From positions 74,576,658-74,610,876 of the forward strand of contig NC_068988.1 in assembly GCF_001194135.2 (NCBI RefSeq): a stretch of DNA of 34,219 nucleotides, read 5' to 3'. Each line of letters starts with the position of its first letter. The first letter of the stretch is position 1. The notes under the pieces were generated by a model. It saw nothing but the letters and a program-made list of their open reading frames with translations, searched no databases and had not been told where the DNA came from. Made by a program: the position numbers and the translations under genes. The DNA comes from Octopus bimaculoides (lineage: Eukaryota). Below, in pieces: positions 1 through 10,500 of the stretch.

Positions 1-150
1 GTGTTTACATCTCTGTAATTTAGCAGTTTGGCAAAAGAGACCAATAGAATAAGTACTAGGCTTACAAAGAATAAGTCCTGGGGTTGATTTGTTTGACTAA
101 TGGTGGTGCTCCAGCTTGATCGCAGTCAATTGACTGAAACAAGTAAAAGA
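1..150 (+). mobile_element. 3' half of tRNA-derived SINE family A (octopus OR2/CORE-like)
   Basis: Near-identical to 6537-6690 (gaataagtactaggcttacaaagaataagtcct...ggtggtgctccagc...gactgaaacaa). Confidence 0.85.
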
Positions 151-371
151 GATATATACATATAAAGAAAGAGAGAGACATATATATGTACATACACATA
201 TACTCAAACTACTTTGTGAGTGGCTGAAGTAGAGAGAAAGATAGTAAATGATAGAAAAATGTAATATCTTATGGAGGTTAATAGATAAAGGAAAAGGGTT
301 GGAAGGCAGTAGAAGTAAAACTGTAGGTAGGAAACACAGAATGGGGGTAGGTGTGGGGGGAATAAGGGTCA

Positions 372-911
372 GAATTCTGCTTTAGGCATGCGATATAACC
401 CTTCATAACTTTTTCATCTTTTGGAATTTGCAGAAAATTTTGGAGAATTTCTAGACATGGGAATTCACATGACTATGAAAAAAAAAAGAGTTTTCTTTAA
501 TATTTCAAAATTTAAAAAGAAAATTTTTTTTTCAATTTTTCACATTTTTCTTTTATCACAGACTAAAATACAGAGTCTGAATTTTTGGTTTAATCTCATC
601 TAGGTCGTCCCATATGACACCCTTTTGACTTAAATCCTAGCAATAAGACATTAAATGTGTTTATAGGGAGGAAGATATTGAAAACAGTACATCAGAATGA
701 CAAACAAACGAGAAGGGTATGAAGTGGTCATGACATGTGCTAAAAATAACAGCTAAATAGCTCTTAAAACATGCACCAATTTTTTCTTTTTTTGATTTTG
801 CATAATCATATGAATTCTCATGTGTAGAAACACAACTTTGCAGAAGTTTTTTAAAAATTCCAAACAATAAAAAAATAATTAGGGTTATATGGTGTGGTTA
901 AAGCAGTGTTC
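372..911. mobile_element. Non-autonomous DNA transposon/MITE with ~110-bp imperfect TIRs
   Basis: Left ctgcttta..atataaccct..tggaattt..ttctagacatgggaattcacatgactatg matches the reverse complement of the right end (ctgcttta..atataaccct..tggaattt..ttctacacatgagaattcatatgattatg). No TSD resolved. Confidence 0.75.
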
Positions 912-1633
912 CGCTGAATAACGTAAAAGTTTCATTACAGTGTGGTGGGAAGAGGTAAAAAAAAGAAAAAGAGGAGGGAATGAAGAAAAATATTTCTAAA
1001 GATTTCTTTAAAAGTACATACAATATTAAGTAGGGTCTGTCTTGCTAAAGAAGATTAAAGTTACTAGAACTGAAGTCTTAAATGTTTTGATACCGATCCA
1101 CACAACAGCCATTTTGGTTTCAAAATACAGAACCAATGTGGCTGTTATGTTCCAAACAACAACTAAATATAGCAATAAATGAGAAAAAATGTTATTTTGC
1201 TCAGCTCCTCCAAATTCATGATTAGTTTGTAAAGATGAGTGTCTACTTCACATCTTTCTCACATTAGATGTGTCTTCCTCTCTCTCTCTTTTATATATCA
1301 TCCCCACCACCTCTTTTATGTCTATAAATATAAATGACTGACATGTTTCACACACAAACAGAGTTCCATTTTCTAAGGAGGCTGGGGAACAAACAATTGG
1401 ATATCAAAACAGTGTGACACCAAAATTAAAAAGGAAGTAGAAAACCACCTTAAGTCCTGACACTTAATGATAGAGAGAAGAGGAGGATCAAAACCCCTTT
1501 CCTTTGACAGAGGAGTGGGGAGTTCGTTTCAAGCATTTTGTTATTACAGAAATTGATGAATGTCTTCACATTCACAAGGTACATGCATATAGGAGGTAAC
1601 TGAAACACATGTATCCATGAACAGCTACTCACA

Positions 1634-1673
<40 letters not shown>
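1634..1673. repeat. (ATT)n microsatellite
   Basis: Direct reading. Confidence 0.95.
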
Positions 1674-1675
<2 letters not shown>

Positions 1676-1699
1676 GGTTAAAAACTATGTGCACTTAAC

Positions 1700-1873
1700 A
1701 AATGTGGAAACTTTTATCGGGTCACTCAACCTGCTAGACTGCAACCAAATCTCTCAAATCATATCATACTTTCTTAAATAAGATATACTATGTATGGATG
1801 GTTACAGCTGGAATATCTTTAATCACAGGTTTGCTGAATTAGGGTGGGCCTGGGATTAAACAACAACAACAAC
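1700..1873 (+). mobile_element. Old SINE-like repeat family C with (CAA)n tail; related copies at ~2772-2916 (+), ~12259-12420 (-), ~30900-30985 (-)
   Basis: Shared core caacctgctaga..gca(g/a)ccaaatc and tail ggg..taaacaacaac among copies. Confidence 0.5.
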
Positions 1874-3292
1874 ATGACAGATGTAGAGAATTTTGTTGCT
1901 TTGTTGGTGTGAGGTGGGAGGGGTTGGTTTCCAAGGTGGGAAGAGTCAGTTATTGCAGAGATGTAAAAGTGTCATAATTAAACAGAAACATTCAAGTTGA
2001 AAGGAGATTCGAGTTAATTTTGTGTCAATGAGAGTCAGTTCAGGTGTAAAAAGTTAAAAAAAAAGAAACAAATTGTGCCACAACAACAAGAAATGTCTAA
2101 CATGCTTAGTCAATGTCTTTTATCATTTAACAATGGATAATGTTAATTAGTTTTGTTGTTTCCAAAGAACTAATAGTGAAGTTTTTTTTGTGGTGCCACA
2201 GATAAAGGAATGGAAAAGTTAGTCGTGAAAACAATGTTAATAAGTAAAGAAAGTAACTGTTTTTGGTAGTGAAACACAGAAGTAGTAAGAGAGGTTTAGG
2301 TTGTTTTTTTTTTTTTGGTTTGTTTTTCTTCCTTTTTTTATGAAAATGAAACAAACAGCTGAGACACAGCACTTTGTAATACATCCATTGATGGAAGCCA
2401 GTTCTGAAAAAGACAAAAAGAAATATATGATCAAATAAGAGCAACAACAATCACACAAAAAAAAACTCTACACCTTCCCCACCACTATCATGACATGATA
2501 CAAAATCTGAGGAGTAGGAGGAAAACTTTATTAATCCCCAACATTGATCTGGTATTATTTTTATTGACCCCGCTGAAGGCAAAGTTGAATCTAGAACAGA
2601 AAGATTAAACAAAATACCACAAGGTAATGACCAATGTTCTACCAATCCTATAAATTATCCATGTCCAGGTTCTGCCAATTCAACTAATCTACCACTGATG
2701 CTCAGCTAATTCTACTCATTCGTCATCCTGAAATAAATATCTAAGCCAATGAAAGAGCTTCAGTCTTAATACATCAACCTGCTAGAAATAGCAGCCAAAT
2801 CACTCTTTTTACAGTCTAACATTACATTCTAAATCCATGTGCAAATGGAAGATCAGATGGTGCTTGATCACAGATCTGCAGGACCAGGCCTGACATGGGG
2901 CTAAACAACAACTAATTCCAGCTCATAATTGTACATCAATATGCAGTGTTGTAATACTGACATGGGCACCAATCAATCTGCACAACAGAACACCAGTAAT
3001 AGATTTGTTAAGTCCAAACCTATGAGTTGGAAGAGTAAAACTGTATCTACTAAGTTATTTGTGTAAACAAAGAGTAGCTATGAAGTTAAGATGCAAAACT
3101 GAACCAAAAACAACATGACTAACCTATTTGGGGCATCTAAATAGATGGCCAATATTATCTTTCTATGTAATGATCCACCATAGTACAGATGAAGGAAGTC
3201 TACAACACCTGTATGAAAGGACATATAGTATAGTACATAGGTGGCAACATGGAGTATAGTAGACAAGTAGACACATGGAGTGTAGTAAATAA

Positions 3293-3298
3293 TTTATT
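3293..3298 (-). promoter_or_regulatory. Candidate polyadenylation signal (AATAAA) for NCLN
   Basis: First minus-strand AATAAA, ~290 nt after the stop codon. Further ones lie near 2527 and 2559; usage is unknown. Confidence 0.45.
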
Positions 3299-3585
3299 TT
3301 TTTACTAGGATGGTGAGGAAGTTATCTTCAGAAAGGAGACCAAATCCAAATACTTTACTAGGGCCACCTGGCAGTGTTAAACGAAAATAGTCCATTTAAC
3401 CAATCTCTGAATAGTATGTCTCTACTAGATGTGACTCACAAAATTTTCCTTAACCCAAAGCTATGCTGGAAGACACTTAACTCAGAGAGGGCCAAGGCTA
3501 TCCACCCCCACCCCGACCCATTTAGTTTAGGAGCAAAAAGAAGGAGCAGAAGCACAGATGATGCCTACCTGACAAAGATGAAAGT

Positions 3586-3654
3586 TTAATGTGACTTTAG
3601 TTTCTCAGACATTTGGACAGACATCTGCAAAAAACCCTTCAAAAGATGGAAATT
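3586..3654 (-). CDS. NCLN: Nicalin terminal coding exon: NFHLLKGFLQMSVQMSEKLKSH-stop
   Basis: Strong acceptor attttcctttctcttccccag|AAT, phase 0, ends in TAA. C-terminal KLKSH is a KxKxx ER-retrieval motif like human KAKTQ. Confidence 0.9.
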   Translation of the reverse strand, partial: NFHLLKGFLQMSVQMSEKLKSH

Positions 3655-3798
3655 CTGGGGAAGAGAAAGGAAAATATGTTAATGATGATAATGTAAGGTG
3701 TCTAATGAAATGGGGAACATCACTCTTTATTCAGTCTTCATGTGAGATATATGAGACCAGCGGAAAAAATGCAGACCAAACAGTGAAATTATTAGTAT

Positions 3799-4250
3799 TG
3801 TAGTGACGTCATTTGGTGCCAAAATACAGTCGCCATTACTGCGTTTTCATCCACGCATGCGCAGGGAATAGTTCCGAGGGAACACAGGAAGAGTCCCATG
3901 CGCATGCGTAGTTCGACTCTCTCAACATTTTCCCGTGTTTTATCCACCTCTTGCGTCGACAACTTCGTGAGCGAAGGACGTGTTTTGTATCGCTCTCTTC
4001 GAGACCCAACTAACTCGTGGCGGGAACAGCGGACAAATGATGGAACGACCAACAGCCAAATAACCATGCTGTATGAATCTACCGACAAGAACTGCCGAAT
4101 ATCCATGCTGTTTGAATAACTACATAAATAAATATTGTTATGTTTCTGGTTTAGAGACTGCGTTATCCGTTCTTAAATTTTTCCTTAAAGTTTGATGTGA
4201 GGAATTAGTTATTTAACCTAAAGGTTGAATAAAGAAAGATATTTCTTACA
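3799..4250 (+). mobile_element. Solo LTR (452 bp), Gypsy-like
   Basis: TGTA...TACA termini, 4-bp TSD GTAT (3795-3798 / 4251-4254), AATAAA at 4228-4233, CpG-rich relative to the flanks. Confidence 0.75.
3804..3909. promoter_or_regulatory. CRE palindrome TGACGTCA (3804-3811) and two inverted NRF1-type sites TGCGCATGCGT (3853-3863, 3899-3909) in the solo LTR
   Basis: Motifs read directly; function untested. Confidence 0.45.
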
Positions 4251-4319
4251 GTATGATCCGCTTCAGGAAGACAATATTTGTTTGCAGGAATATTTACATG
4301 TCAAACATAATTAGTGGAA

Positions 4320-5045
4320 ATCATCATCATCATTTAACATCTGTTTTCCATGCTGGCATAGGTTGGATGGTTTGACAAGAGCTGACCAGCTGAAGGGCTA
4401 TTCAGGTTCCATATCTGTTTTGGCATGGTTTCTACAGCTGGATACCCTTCCTAATACTAACAACTTTACAGAGTATACTGGGTGTTTTCGCTCAACACTG
4501 ACATGGGTGCTTTTTATGTGGCACTAGCAATTACAAGCCCAGAAGATAAAGGATTCTCAGCTGCAGAAGACGAGCTTGTATGCAAGGACAACCATGCTTT
4601 TACTTAGCTTGACATGTCTTTTCAAACACAACAAACCGCCAGAAGTTTCAGTCTCTTGTCATCCCCTCGGTGAGTCCCAACATATGTAGATCCTTTCTCA
4701 CCATTTCGTCCCACGTCTTCCTGGGTCTACCCCTTCCACATGCTCCCTCTACAATTAGAAATTGGTATCTCTTGATGCAACTGTCTTCATTCATACGCAT
4801 TACATGGCCATACCAGTGCAGTCTTCTCCCTTGCCCACTACATCTGATGCTATGTATATTCAGTTTTTCTCTTAAATCACTTACACACTGTCATATATGC
4901 ACACTGACATTATCCATCCAGTGAAGTATGCTTCATTTCTTTCAAGTCCTTGCATATCCTCAGTAGTCACAGCCCATGTCTCACTGCTATGTAGCACAGC
5001 TGTTTGTACATGGCATCATACAATCTGCCTTTCACTCTGAGGACA
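4320..5045 (-). mobile_element. 5'-truncated RTE LINE (ORF2 C-terminus + 3' UTR + (GAT)n tail)
   Basis: Minus translation RVKGRLYDA..SETWAVT..LHWYGHVMRMNED..GACGRGRPRKTWDE; tail aaatgatgatgat. Confidence 0.9.
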
Positions 5046-5124
5046 TTAAGAAGGGCATCTTGTCACAGAAACCATGCTAAAACAAACATTTGAACTTGAT
5101 ACAATCCTAATCTATCAGTTCCTC

Positions 5125-5180
5125 TCAAACTGTTCAACCCATGCCAGCATGGAGTATAGACATTAAATGATGATGATGAA
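5125..5180 (+). mobile_element. RTE-family 3' tail fragment
   Basis: caacccatgccagcatgg..gacattaaatgatgatgatga. Confidence 0.75.
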
Positions 5181-5310
5181 GATTAAAAAACACACCCTTT
5201 GGCATTGCCTTATAATAATTTAATACAATATGGTGTAGTGGAGATTATGTGACTTTGAAGTTGCTGCATTTTGTGATCTTAGGATTAATAAAAGGATAGA
5301 AGGCACTTAC

Positions 5311-5389
5311 TTGGACAATAAGATAAACAACAGCTAAATATGCTCCAATGCCAACAGCTAAGAAGAGATCAAAGATGGCTGGTTTCACA
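5311..5389 (-). CDS. NCLN: Nicalin transmembrane exon (79 nt, phase 2 to 0): VKPAIFDLFLAVGIGAYLAVVYLIVQ
   Basis: Acceptor ctatttccag|T and donor CAA|gtaagt. Hydrophobic helix matching recalled human VKPAVFDLLLAVGIAAYLGMAYVAVQ. Confidence 0.96.
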
Positions 5390-6304
5390 CTGGAAATAGT
5401 TTAAATGATATAATTTAACATTAAACTTTAAAAACAGAAGTCACAATTAATTTAATAAATGTTTTCAGTTATACATGGAAATAATAAATTCGGGGGTGTT
5501 AAATGCATCAAACTTTGCAGACTGAATAGGGACAATTATTTCAAAAAACCTTGTTTTAATATAAATTGATAAGGGTCAATATCTTATGTATAATAAAACA
5601 TGTGTGTCCTCTTGGTCACACTTGTGGGGAAAGAAACAGTCAGAAGCAGTAAAGCATGCAAACAGCCTTCAAAGATTTTGCTCTGAAAGATGCTTGCATT
5701 TTAATCAAAATAAAATTGCAAATTTTTCTTGTAAATTGTATTTAGTTTATCAGTTTCACACATACACACATAAATATCTATTTGATTATTAAATATCAAA
5801 TACTTTTGTTTTCAAAATATTATCATTCACTTAACATATATATAGATGTTATGTGAACAAAAATGTAAATATATATACATTTTCAGAAGTCAAACACATA
5901 TAGTAAATAAACGAACAGAAAAAAACCATAGAAGGTTAAGTAGAAAAACATATACTAAATGCACAGACAAATGGAAAACAAACACAGAAGGTCACCGACT
6001 CCTCATCAGTTATCGGCCAGGTATCAAATGCAATTTCCTGACAATATCGATAATATTGCTTCCACTCTGGAGGCAACCAGCAAGAGAACTTGCTGGGAAT
6101 GCAACCAAAGCACAACAAAACAAAACGAGACGAACAAACAAGGATGAACAAGAAATACAGAAATGGACACACAAAAATGAATAAAAGTAATTCGAGATGA
6201 GACTGTTAGTGAACGGATGAAAACAAAAAAAACAAACAAAATAAACAGAAGATGACCTCAGGGCCAGACAAAGACAACAAAATAATAATACATGTACAAT
6301 TATA

Positions 6305-6690
6305 GGCGCAGGAGTGGCTGTGTGGTAAGTAGCTTGCTTACCAACCACACGGTTACGGGTTCAGTCCCACGCAGGCAACTTGGGCAAGTGTCTTCTACTA
6401 TAGCCTTGGGCCGAACAAAGCCTTGTGAGTGGATTTGGTAGATGGAAACTGAAAGAAGCCCATATGTGTGTGTGTGTGTGTGCGTGCGTGAGTGTAAATG
6501 TTTGTCCCCACTCCATCGCTTGACAACTGATGTTGGTGTGTTTATGTCCCTGTAACTTAGCGGTTCGCCAAAAGAGACTGATAGAATAAGTACTAGGCTT
6601 ACAAAGAATAAGTCCTAGGGTTGATTTGTTTGACTAAAGGTGGTGCTCCAGCATGACCACAGTCAAATGACTGAAACAAATAAAAGAATA
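6305..6690 (+). mobile_element. Full-length tRNA-derived SINE family A (CORE/OR2-like)
   Basis: A-box TGGCTGTGTGG, B-box GGTTCAGTCCC, CORE-like ttgggcaagtg, internal (TG)n, tail shared with other copies. Confidence 0.9.
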
Positions 6691-7176
6691 CAACAAAAAA
6701 TAATGATACTTATTCAACAAAAAAGCCATGGGTTAGCAGACAGACAAATGTGGAGTAACACAAAGGAGAAATGAAAAATGCCCTAAAGAACTAAACACAA
6801 GAGAAAGGCAGAGAACAGAACACAGAGAAGTGCAACTGAATACACACACTTTTATTCTATTCTTTTGTTTTAATCCATTTTTCCATGATTGCCTTTCCCA
6901 AGCCCTTATTTCCTATTCCTAGTAAAGGATAACATATTCTGAGTTCATCAATCTACAAAATGTGAAGAAATGTGCATGCATGTGCACACATTCATACCCT
7001 CACACATGTATGCATATGCACATCCATAGGTGTATATGAATATATTTGCATATGAGTGTGTACCTATATATATGTGTGTGTGTGTGTGCACTCCAGTCTG
7101 ACCACAACCGCATGGCTGAAATGAGTAAATATATATACAAACACAGAGAGGAGACAGAGAGAGAAAGATATGTTAA

Positions 7177-7396
7177 CGCTTTTGTTACCAACCTGGCTGA
7201 AATCGGCTCTGGCTCTGAGTACAAATGTCTTGTTTACATAAGTTTTGAATTAAAATCTTCCACTAAACCTTAGACACAATTTATGCTCCTAACACTAGCT
7301 GAATGATAACTAAGTTATTTTATTAAATTCTTTATTATATCTAAAGTAATTGAAAGAAACACAGAGCATCTCAAAATAAATACAGTAATGAAAGGG
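7177..7396. mobile_element. piggyBac-type MITE (220 bp)
   Basis: TTAA at 7173-7176. Degenerate TIRs cgcttttgttacc / agtaatgaaaggg. Right TSD (ttca) is altered where an RTE tail starts. Confidence 0.65.
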
Positions 7397-8385
7397 TTCA
7401 TCATTGTTTAACGTCTGCTTTCCATGCTAGCATGGATTGGACGATTTGACTGAGGACTGGCGAACCAGATGGCTGCACCAGACTCCAATCTGATCTGGCA
7501 GTTTCTGGATGCCCTCCCTAACGCCAACCACTCAAAGAGTGTAGCGGGTGCTTTAAACGTGCCACTGGCATGAGAGCCAGTCAGGCGGTACTGCCAACGG
7601 CCACACTCAAATGGTGTTTTTACGTGTCACCTGCACAGGAGCCAGTCCAGCGGCACTGGCAAGGCCCTCGCTCGCATGTTTTCCACATACCACTGGCACA
7701 AGTGCCAGTAAGGTGACGCTGGTAACGATCACGCTCAAATGGTGCTATTTATGTGCCACCGGCATGGGGGCCAGTCAGCAGTCCTGGCAACGATCACGCT
7801 CGGATGGTGCTCTTAGCGCTCCACTAGCACGGATGTCAGTCATGCAGTGCTGTCATCGAATTTGAATTCGATTTCACTTGCCTAAACAGGTCTTCACAAG
7901 CAGAGTTTAATGTCCAATGAAAGAAAGGTATGCCTAAGTGCGCTGGTTACACCACTGGCATAGGCTACAGGTTATGGTCTCACTTAGTTTGCTGGGTCTT
8001 CTCAAGCACAGCATATTTCCAAAGGTTTCGGTCACTAGTCATTGCCTCGGTGAGGCCTAATGTACTAAGGTTGTGCTTCATCACCTGATCCCAGGTCTTC
8101 CTGGGTCTACCTCTTCCACAGGTTCCCTCAACCGCTAGGGTGTGACACTTTTTCACACAGCTGTCCTCATCCATTCTCACCACATGACCTTACCAGTGCA
8201 GTCGTCTCTCTCGCAGACTACATCTAATGCTTCTTAGGTCCAACTTTTCTCTCAGGGCACTTACACTTTGTCGAGTATGCACACTGACATTACACATCCA
8301 GCGGAGCATACTGGCTTCGTTCCTTGCAAGCTTACGCTGTCCTCAGTAGTTACGGTCCATGTTTCACTGCCATGTAGCATGGCTA
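7397..8385 (-). mobile_element. 5'-truncated RTE LINE with minisatellite-expanded 3' UTR
   Basis: ORF 7980-8183 MVRMDEDSCVKKCHTLAVEGTCGRGRPRKTWDQ; RTE tail at 7397-7440. Confidence 0.9.
7547..7840. repeat. Five-unit 63-66 bp minisatellite in RTE 3' UTR
   Basis: Unit starts at 7547, 7613, 7678, 7741, 7806; each ggtgc(t)n acgtgccac.ggca..gccagtc. Confidence 0.8.
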
Positions 8386-8540
8386 TTATTATTATTATTA
8401 TTATTATTGTTGTTGTTGTGCAGGTCACCGCTTGGAATCAAACGGGCATATGGTGTAGTGGTTAAGAGCGCAGGCTACTAACCCCAAGATTTCGAGTTCG
8501 ATTCCAAGCGGTGACCTGAACAATAATAACAATAATAACA
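8385..8540. mobile_element. Palindromic tRNA-derived SINE unit (tRNA-like head 8444-8518, inverted partial copy 8421-8443), with (ATT)/(AAT) tails on both sides
   Basis: A-box TGGTGTAGTGG and B-box GAGTTCGATTCC; 19-bp perfect inverted repeat 8421-8439 / 8500-8518. Confidence 0.8.
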
Positions 8541-8559
8541 TGATCCATAATGTGATCCA

Positions 8560-10500
8560 TTAATTCTTTATTGCCCACCAGGGGTCAACACAGACAAGGA
8601 TAGCACAATATGATTTGGGGTCAGATACATGGTATGATTTAACAAAGAAATGCATTTAAAATTTTAATGCGAAATTATATAATCGAATGAAATACAAACA
8701 AATGACAAAACAAATGGAATGGCGTTTGGGTTCAGCTCCGACCCCACGAGCCCCAATCCACCATTGATACTTTATTAAACACTTTATGCCATATTCACTC
8801 GAAACACTCATGCTACATACTTCCATCTTTCATCAAACATTTTCTCCGACAGACACCTCTTCTCCAGCCTCATTTTCCCTTTCAAATGAAAAGCGAAATA
8901 CATTTATAAGGCGAGGCCAGAGATGAAGTTGCCTGCCTTTGCTCCTTTCATCCTTGTCTTCCATACCACCTCTTTCGCTACTGCTACTACAAAAATTCAG
9001 GTGGGTCAATTTTTATAATTGACTCAGTCAACAGCTGTATTCTTCCAGCACCAGACAACAGATGTCCCGCATAAGCCCACATCTCCAACACCTCTGGAGA
9101 CTGAACAATAGTGTGCGGGACGGGTTCCCTATCCTGCCCACATCTTGGACAGATTGGTGTGTCACATTGACCATGTCTTGCAAGCTTATCCCTAACGGGT
9201 AAAGCACCTCTGTAACACTGCCAGGTCAAGGACATTTGGAAGTTATCCAGCGTCTTCAACCCAAACGTATGAAAGAACAGGCTGTCAAGTTGAATGTACT
9301 TGAGACCCAGGGTCTTCCCCAGGACATCGTCACATTCAGCCTCTACCAACCCTCTATAGAAAAATGCTGTAGAACCCCCACCGCTGGCATTATCTGAGTG
9401 ACGGAACAGCAAGAGGGCCTTACGACTCTCCATATGCCACTCACTCAATCTTGATCTACGAAAGCACCATCTTCTCATCCACAAAAACTAGCAAACGAGG
9501 GAAACATCTGTTTCACCAGAGGAGAGCACACCCGTTCACCATCCAGGAGAATCCAGAGATACCTCAACCTCAGCACATGTTTGCGCATCAACAGCCAAGG
9601 CATCCCTAGTCCTCCCTTTAACGGCCTTTGACAACAAATAGTCTTACAAGTGGTTTGGAGCCCCTCCACAAAAAGTGCAAGAGCTGTCCTTCCAACTTGG
9701 TCAACCACAAATCCGGACAAGGAACAACGGTTAGGCAGTAGGTAATGACCAATGTGATAAACACATTAGCCACCTCTGCCCTCCCTCTCAGGGATAGCCA
9801 CTGCCAAGACCACGTCTTGACTAAGCAGGCCACCGTGCTCGAAACCTCAGCCCAGTTCTTCTCTACCAGGAGATCCGGACCAAACCAGACCCCTAGCAAC
9901 TTAACCGGTCCCTCCGTCCAACATCCTACAATGTTGTCTGAAGGCATCGACTTACCCCACCAGGTGCCAAGTTGCAAGCTGACAGACTTTTCCCAGTTAA
10001 TCTTTGCTCTTGCCACCGTCTCGTAAGTCTCAATAGCCTTGCCTACCTACTGTAGGTGTTTTATTTTGGTCACGCTGATGGTAATGTCATCCGCATAAGC
10101 TGAAACAAACTCTCCACATCCTGGCTCTCTCGGGATACCACTCAACCTTTGCAGCAACGGCTTGAGAGCCATCACGTACAAAAGTGGTGAGAGCAGGCAT
10201 CCTTGGCGAACTGAGCGTTTGATACAGAACGGTCTTGATAAAAAAAACCATTCACCCGAACGATTGAGTCAATGTTATCATACAATTCGATTAACCACCC
10301 GAGGAAGCCAAGACCCAGGCCAAACTGCACAAGAACAGTCACCAGGTAATGATGGTCAACCCTATCAAAAGCTTTGATTGGTCTAAATGTACCAATGCCC
10401 CACCTCTGCCAAGTTTATACCCAAACCTCTCTAAGGTGTAGCGGAGAAGGTGGAGATTATCCTGGATGGTTCTGCTGGGGATGGCACATCTGTGCACTGC
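8560..10500 (-). mobile_element. 5'-truncated Tx1/L1-clade LINE (RT, C-terminal zinc knuckle, 3' UTR)
   Basis: CAIPSRTIQDNLHL, LDQSKAFDRVDH, RQGCLLSPLLY, AYADD (10081-10100), KLLGVWFG, CPRCGQDREPVPH; AATAAA near 8570. Confidence 0.92.

Noticed and set aside
1511-1578. Plus-strand exon EEWGVRFKHFVITEIDECLHIHK with AG/GT
   Set aside because: No recognisable homology and no partner exons; a chance splice-site pair is likely.
2336-2401. Alternative NCLN last exon (NWLPSMDVLQ..) and another acceptor near 2590
   Set aside because: The exon at 3654-3586 comes first, has a stronger acceptor and carries the conserved KxKxx tail.
4016-4034. tRNA-Lys primer-binding site (tggcgggaacagcggac)
   Set aside because: Only partial similarity, and it lies inside the TSD-bounded LTR rather than after its CA end.
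3792-4119. Overlapping ORFs MDIRQF.. (-) and MRMRSS.. (+) as genes
   Set aside because: Both lie within the GC-rich solo LTR, with no recognisable domain. The MDIR..F resemblance to the RFC1 N-terminus is too short.
5985-6045. Intact hammerhead ribozyme
   Set aside because: CTGATGA is present, but there is no correctly placed C-GAAA after stem II and stems I/III do not pair.
8444-8518. Functional tRNA gene (anticodon ACT)
   Set aside because: Acceptor and T stems do not pair, and it has a (AAT)n tail and an inverted partial copy. It behaves as a SINE.
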